From an uncultured Flavobacteriales bacterium (GTDB taxonomy: Bacteria; Bacteroidota; Bacteroidia; Flavobacteriales_D; Crocinitomicaceae), in assembly GCA_943789205.1 (NCBI GenBank), contig CALSTG010000001.1, positions 632,182 through 696,181 of the forward strand: a DNA stretch of 64,000 bases. Direction: 5' to 3'. How positions within the stretch are numbered: the first letter of the stretch is position 1; every line of letters starts with the position of its first letter. Of this stretch, positions 61,130-64,000 are shown piece by piece. The notes under the pieces are model-generated. The model was not told the origin of the DNA. It saw nothing but the letters and a program-made list of their open reading frames with translations, and did no database searches. A program made the translations under genes and the position numbers.

Positions 61130-62899
61130 ATGAAAAAAATCTTTACATTTTTATTTTTAATTCCAGTATCTATGGCCTTTGGTCAAGTGGAAGGTACATG
61201 GAAACTAGCTCCCGAGGCTGGTGCTTTGGCTGTTGGCCCTAGTTTAAGTGATCTAAATTGGTATTCAAATACTGCTGCTGATGTTGATACGAGAGCTTGT
61301 CTTTTCGATGATGAGTACGTATTTAATGCCGATGGTACATTTCAAAATGTCCTTCAATCCGAAACTTGGCTAGAGGGTTGGCAAGGTGTTGCAGAAGGTT
61401 GTGGTGCGCCAGTTGCTCCACATGATGGTGCTGGTTCATTCACATGGACCGAAGATGCTGCTGCTGGAACTGTTACTGTTTCTGGTACAGGTGCATACTT
61501 AGGCCTTGCGAAAGTTCACAATGCAGGAGAATTAGGAAGTCCTGCTGAAGCAGTTTCCTCTATTACGTACAATGTTACCTTATCAGGTGATGGAAACAGA
61601 ATGACCTTAGATATCAATTTTGGTCCTGGATTTTGGCAATTTATTTTAGAGAAAGAGACCGGAACACCTCCTCCAGTTAATATAGAAGGTGCATGGGTTT
61701 TAGCTCCACAAGCAGGTGCTTTAGCTGTTGGTCCTTCTCTTGAGGATTTATCTTGGTATCAGAATTCTGCTGAAGATGTAGCGATCAGAGCTTGTTTATT
61801 TGATGACGAATATGTCTTTAATGCGGATGGAACATTTTCAAATGTTCTTCAGTCTGAAACGTGGTTAGAAGGTTGGCAAGGTGTTGCAGAGGGTTGTGGT
61901 GCACCAGTTGCTCCACATGACGGTTCTGCCGCAGCAACATGGTCTGCTGATGCAGCAGCTGGAACAGTTACTGTTACTGGTACTGGTGCATATTTAGGTC
62001 TTTCTAAGGTGCACAACGCTGGTGAACTAGGTAGTCCTGCTGAAGCTGTTGGAGCAATAACATACAATATGTCTTTATCTCCTGACGAAAGCACGCTTAC
62101 GCTTCAAATTAATTTTGGCCCTGGATTTTGGCAATTCATACTAGTAAGACCTACTGTTGAGGCGACTTTAGACGGTGCTTGGAGATTGATTCCAGAAGCC
62201 GGTGCTTTAGCTGTTGGACCTAGTGCTGCTGATTTGTCGTGGTACCAAAATTCTGCAGAAGATGTTGATACAAGAGCTTGTCTTTTTGACGATTTCTACG
62301 TATTCAATGAAGATGGCACTTTTGAAAACGTCTTACAATCTGAAACATGGTTAGAAGGATGGCAAGGTGTTGATGAAGGATGTGGTGCTCCAGTTGCTCC
62401 GCACGATGGAACAGGTGCTTATACTTGGTCATACGATGCTGCAACAATGAAGGCTACTGTTGAGGGAGAGGGTGCATATTTAGGCTTGGCGAAAGTTCAC
62501 AATAATGGTGAGTTAGCAAGCCCTGCAGAAGTCGTATCTTCTATCACTTATGACATCTCGTTCTCTGCTGACGGAGAAACGATGACGGCACAAATTAATT
62601 TTGGCCCAGGTGTATGGCAATATATTTTCGTAAGAGATGAACTTCCAACTGTAAGTTTGAATGAAGAGGAATTATACTTCTCGGTTTATCCAAACCCTTT
62701 TACATCTAATGTTGATGTGCGTTCTAACGAAAATATGGAATCTATTCAAGTTATTGACATAACTGGAAAAGTTGTTAAAAACATAAATACGGAAGGTAAC
62801 TTCGCAAGTTTAGATTTATCTAACCTTATGAATGGAGCTTACATGATCGTTATTAATTCTAATAATTCTGTTTCTACGAAACGAATTATTAAGAACTAA
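61130..62899 (+). CDS. Secreted protein with three tandem ~160-aa repeats and a T9SS C-terminal sorting domain
   Basis: It has a signal peptide MKKIFTFLFLIPVSMAFGQ and three copies of W[KVR]L.P.AGALAVGPS...W[YW]...A.DV..RACLFDD.YVFN.DGTF.NVLQSETWLEGWQGV.EGCGAPVAPHDG...NFGPG.WQ.I. The C-terminal ~80 aa (YPNPFTSNVDV...GAYMIVINSNN...KRIIK) look like a Por_Secre_tail. Confidence 0.85.
   Translation: MKKIFTFLFLIPVSMAFGQVEGTWKLAPEAGALAVGPSLSDLNWYSNTAADVDTRACLFDDEYVFNADGTFQNVLQSETWLEGWQGVAEGCGAPVAPHDGAGSFTWTEDAAAGTVTVSGTGAYLGLAKVHNAGELGSPAEAVSSITYNVTLSGDGNRMTLDINFGPGFWQFILEKETGTPPPVNIEGAWVLAPQAGALAVGPSLEDLSWYQNSAEDVAIRACLFDDEYVFNADGTFSNVLQSETWLEGWQGVAEGCGAPVAPHDGSAAATWSADAAAGTVTVTGTGAYLGLSKVHNAGELGSPAEAVGAITYNMSLSPDESTLTLQINFGPGFWQFILVRPTVEATLDGAWRLIPEAGALAVGPSAADLSWYQNSAEDVDTRACLFDDFYVFNEDGTFENVLQSETWLEGWQGVDEGCGAPVAPHDGTGAYTWSYDAATMKATVEGEGAYLGLAKVHNNGELASPAEVVSSITYDISFSADGETMTAQINFGPGVWQYIFVRDELPTVSLNEEELYFSVYPNPFTSNVDVRSNENMESIQVIDITGKVVKNINTEGNFASLDLSNLMNGAYMIVINSNNSVSTKRIIKN
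61187..62635 (+). repeat. Three in-frame tandem coding repeats (about 495, 486 and 468 bp)
   Basis: The repeat units start at 61187, 61682 and 62168. The protein sequences are nearly identical while the DNA differs mostly at synonymous sites. Confidence 0.9.
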
Positions 62900-62916
62900 T
62901 CATTGTTTAATTTGAG

Positions 62917-62949
62917 AAAACGGGGAGTGAAAGCTTCCCGTTTTTTTTT
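62917..62949. terminator. Bidirectional rho-independent terminator
   Basis: aaaacgggga-gtgaaagc-ttcccgtttt followed by a T-run, between convergent genes. Confidence 0.75.
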
Positions 62950-62952
62950 GCG

Positions 62953-63693
62953 CTATTTAAGAGCCTTAGATTGAAGAATACGGTAATAACCTTCACATTC
63001 TTTCAGTAAGGGTAATAAATGCTTTGGAAAAGAGGCTGTTTTTTCTTTATACGGCTGATAGCCCGTTGAACGATGGACATTGTCATACCAATACTTTGCC
63101 CAAACGCCATCTTCAGGCCTGGAACCCGCAGTCCACTTTAGCATATTTGAATCAAATGGTATACTACAAGATTTACATAGCTTTCTTAAAACACCTTCAG
63201 GATTCTTCAATAAATAAGTCGCATCAAGAACAACATGAGCTATACTATTACTTTCTAAATCTTTTAAAAGATCCACATGCGCTTTATATCCGACATCTTC
63301 AATTTTAGGATTTGAAATTACCTTATCAAAAGATGGCAGCATTTCAACAGGGTTCCGTGTTAAAATAATATTCATGCCCTTTGACAAAAATTTAATATCA
63401 GTTTTTAAAAAATGATGAGCCATATTTTTAAAAAACACAACAGGTTTTTGCTGCGGCTCGAGCATTTGATTGATTACACTTTGAAACGAGCAAGGCATTG
63501 AAGCCATTATTTCTTTTGCACCCGGATGGTAATTGTTCGCATTTGAATTTGAAAGATATGCCGCATATAAAGGCTCATCAAAAACGGCAGTATCCTTTCG
63601 CTGCGCAAATGAATACATTAGCGTTGTAGATATATTTCTCGGTCCAGACCAAAGAAAAAGTCTTTTGCAGTTATGACTTGCTTTCATTAACAA
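62953..63693 (-). CDS. Sulfotransferase-like P-loop protein (family assignment tentative)
   Basis: 246 aa. The N-terminal LFLWSGPRNISTTLMYSF resembles a PAPS/nucleotide-binding loop. The rest has the pattern of a small sulfotransferase-like family. Confidence 0.45.
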   Translation of the reverse strand: MLMKASHNCKRLFLWSGPRNISTTLMYSFAQRKDTAVFDEPLYAAYLSNSNANNYHPGAKEIMASMPCSFQSVINQMLEPQQKPVVFFKNMAHHFLKTDIKFLSKGMNIILTRNPVEMLPSFDKVISNPKIEDVGYKAHVDLLKDLESNSIAHVVLDATYLLKNPEGVLRKLCKSCSIPFDSNMLKWTAGSRPEDGVWAKYWYDNVHRSTGYQPYKEKTASFPKHLLPLLKECEGYYRILQSKALK

Positions 63694-64000
63694 TTAATTC
63701 TTCATATAAATTATCCAACTGTTTCAACAAGGAGAAATCACTCTTATTTTCAATTGCTTTGCCGTCAATACTATTTACAGGTGTTAAACCGCCAAATGTT
63801 CCCGTAACAAAAGCTTGATCGGCACTGTAGGTATCGTAGAGAGAAAAATTCTTTTCGAAGCAAGGGATATTATTACTATGACAAAGATCAATCACCTTTT
63901 GACGGGTAATCCCATTCATACAATACGCTCCAGTTGAAGTCCACAAAGCGCCATCTTTTACAATGAAAAAATTTGTAGCGTTACACGTACTTACAAAGCC
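63671..64000 (-). CDS. Class IV (branched-chain/D-amino-acid/ADC-lyase type) aminotransferase, C-terminal part; the N-terminus lies beyond the window end
   Basis: The frame stays open from 64000 and reads ...NFFIVKDGALWTSTGAYCMNGITRQKVIDL...AFVTGTFGGLTPV..IDG, the typical fold-type IV PLP enzyme C-terminus. The track shows only the TTG-truncated part. Confidence 0.7.
   Translation of the reverse strand, partial: GFVSTCNATNFFIVKDGALWTSTGAYCMNGITRQKVIDLCHSNNIPCFEKNFSLYDTYSADQAFVTGTFGGLTPVNSIDGKAIENKSDFSLLKQLDNLYEELIVNESKS

Noticed and set aside
61130-62640. Locally elevated GC content of the repeat-protein gene, as a possible sign of horizontal transfer.
   Set aside because: The rise tracks the Gly/Ala/Pro/Trp-rich amino-acid composition of the repeats. 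No mobility genes, tRNA-adjacent integration site or direct repeats flank it, and the T9SS tail is native to the phylum.
1-64000. I looked for CRISPR arrays, rRNA operons, transposases/integrases, prophage or toxin-antitoxin/defence-island signatures.
   Set aside because: I found no regularly spaced direct repeats, no recombinase- or nuclease-like ORFs and no long unexplained non-coding stretches apart from 1805-2393. The window is dominated by core genes.

Overview
The window is a 64-kb chromosomal segment of a low-GC Bacteroidota genome that looks Flavobacteriia-like. The phylum call rests on gene order, an FtsL-like family, DUF3467, a fused CcsBA and a T9SS C-terminal sorting domain. Most of it is conserved housekeeping. 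(1) 1-1804 is the 5' part of a large secreted protein on the minus strand that runs off the window. (2) 2394-18556 is a complete minus-strand dcw cell-division/peptidoglycan cluster: mraZ-rsmH-ftsL-ftsI-murE-mraY-murD-[orphan ORF]-ftsW-murG-murC-ftsQ-ftsA-ftsZ-yqeY. (3) 18778-26369 on the plus strand carries an EamA transporter, rplU-rpmA, lnt, a sulfotransferase, accA and recG. (4) 26415-39360 on the minus strand is the classical tRNA(Thr-Tyr-Gly-Thr)-tuf-tRNA(Trp)-secE-nusG-rplKAJL-rpoBC block. (5) 39528-51008 is the accessory region. It holds a GT4 glycosyltransferase and then a tightly coupled 8-gene minus-strand operon. That operon is headed by a soluble-guanylate-cyclase-like H-NOX haem sensor, followed by an HNOBA/PAS histidine kinase, a stand-alone receiver, a frameshifted TPR protein, a second paralogous kinase and receiver, saccharopine dehydrogenase and a DUF3467-GT2 fusion. 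(6) 51222-60988 carries DinB, the fused cytochrome c biogenesis protein CcsBA, an RluA-type pseudouridine synthase, an LMW phosphatase, dnaN, rlmN and a NatAB-like ABC exporter. (7) 61130-62899 encodes a T9SS-secreted protein with three tandem ~160-aa repeats. It is followed by a sulfotransferase-like gene and a partial class-IV aminotransferase. I saw no CRISPR array, rRNA, transposase, integrase or prophage signature. The most interesting candidate system is the H-NOX/HNOBA two-kinase, two-receiver operon, which has no recognisable output domain. All functional calls come from by-eye motif recognition. No searches were run.
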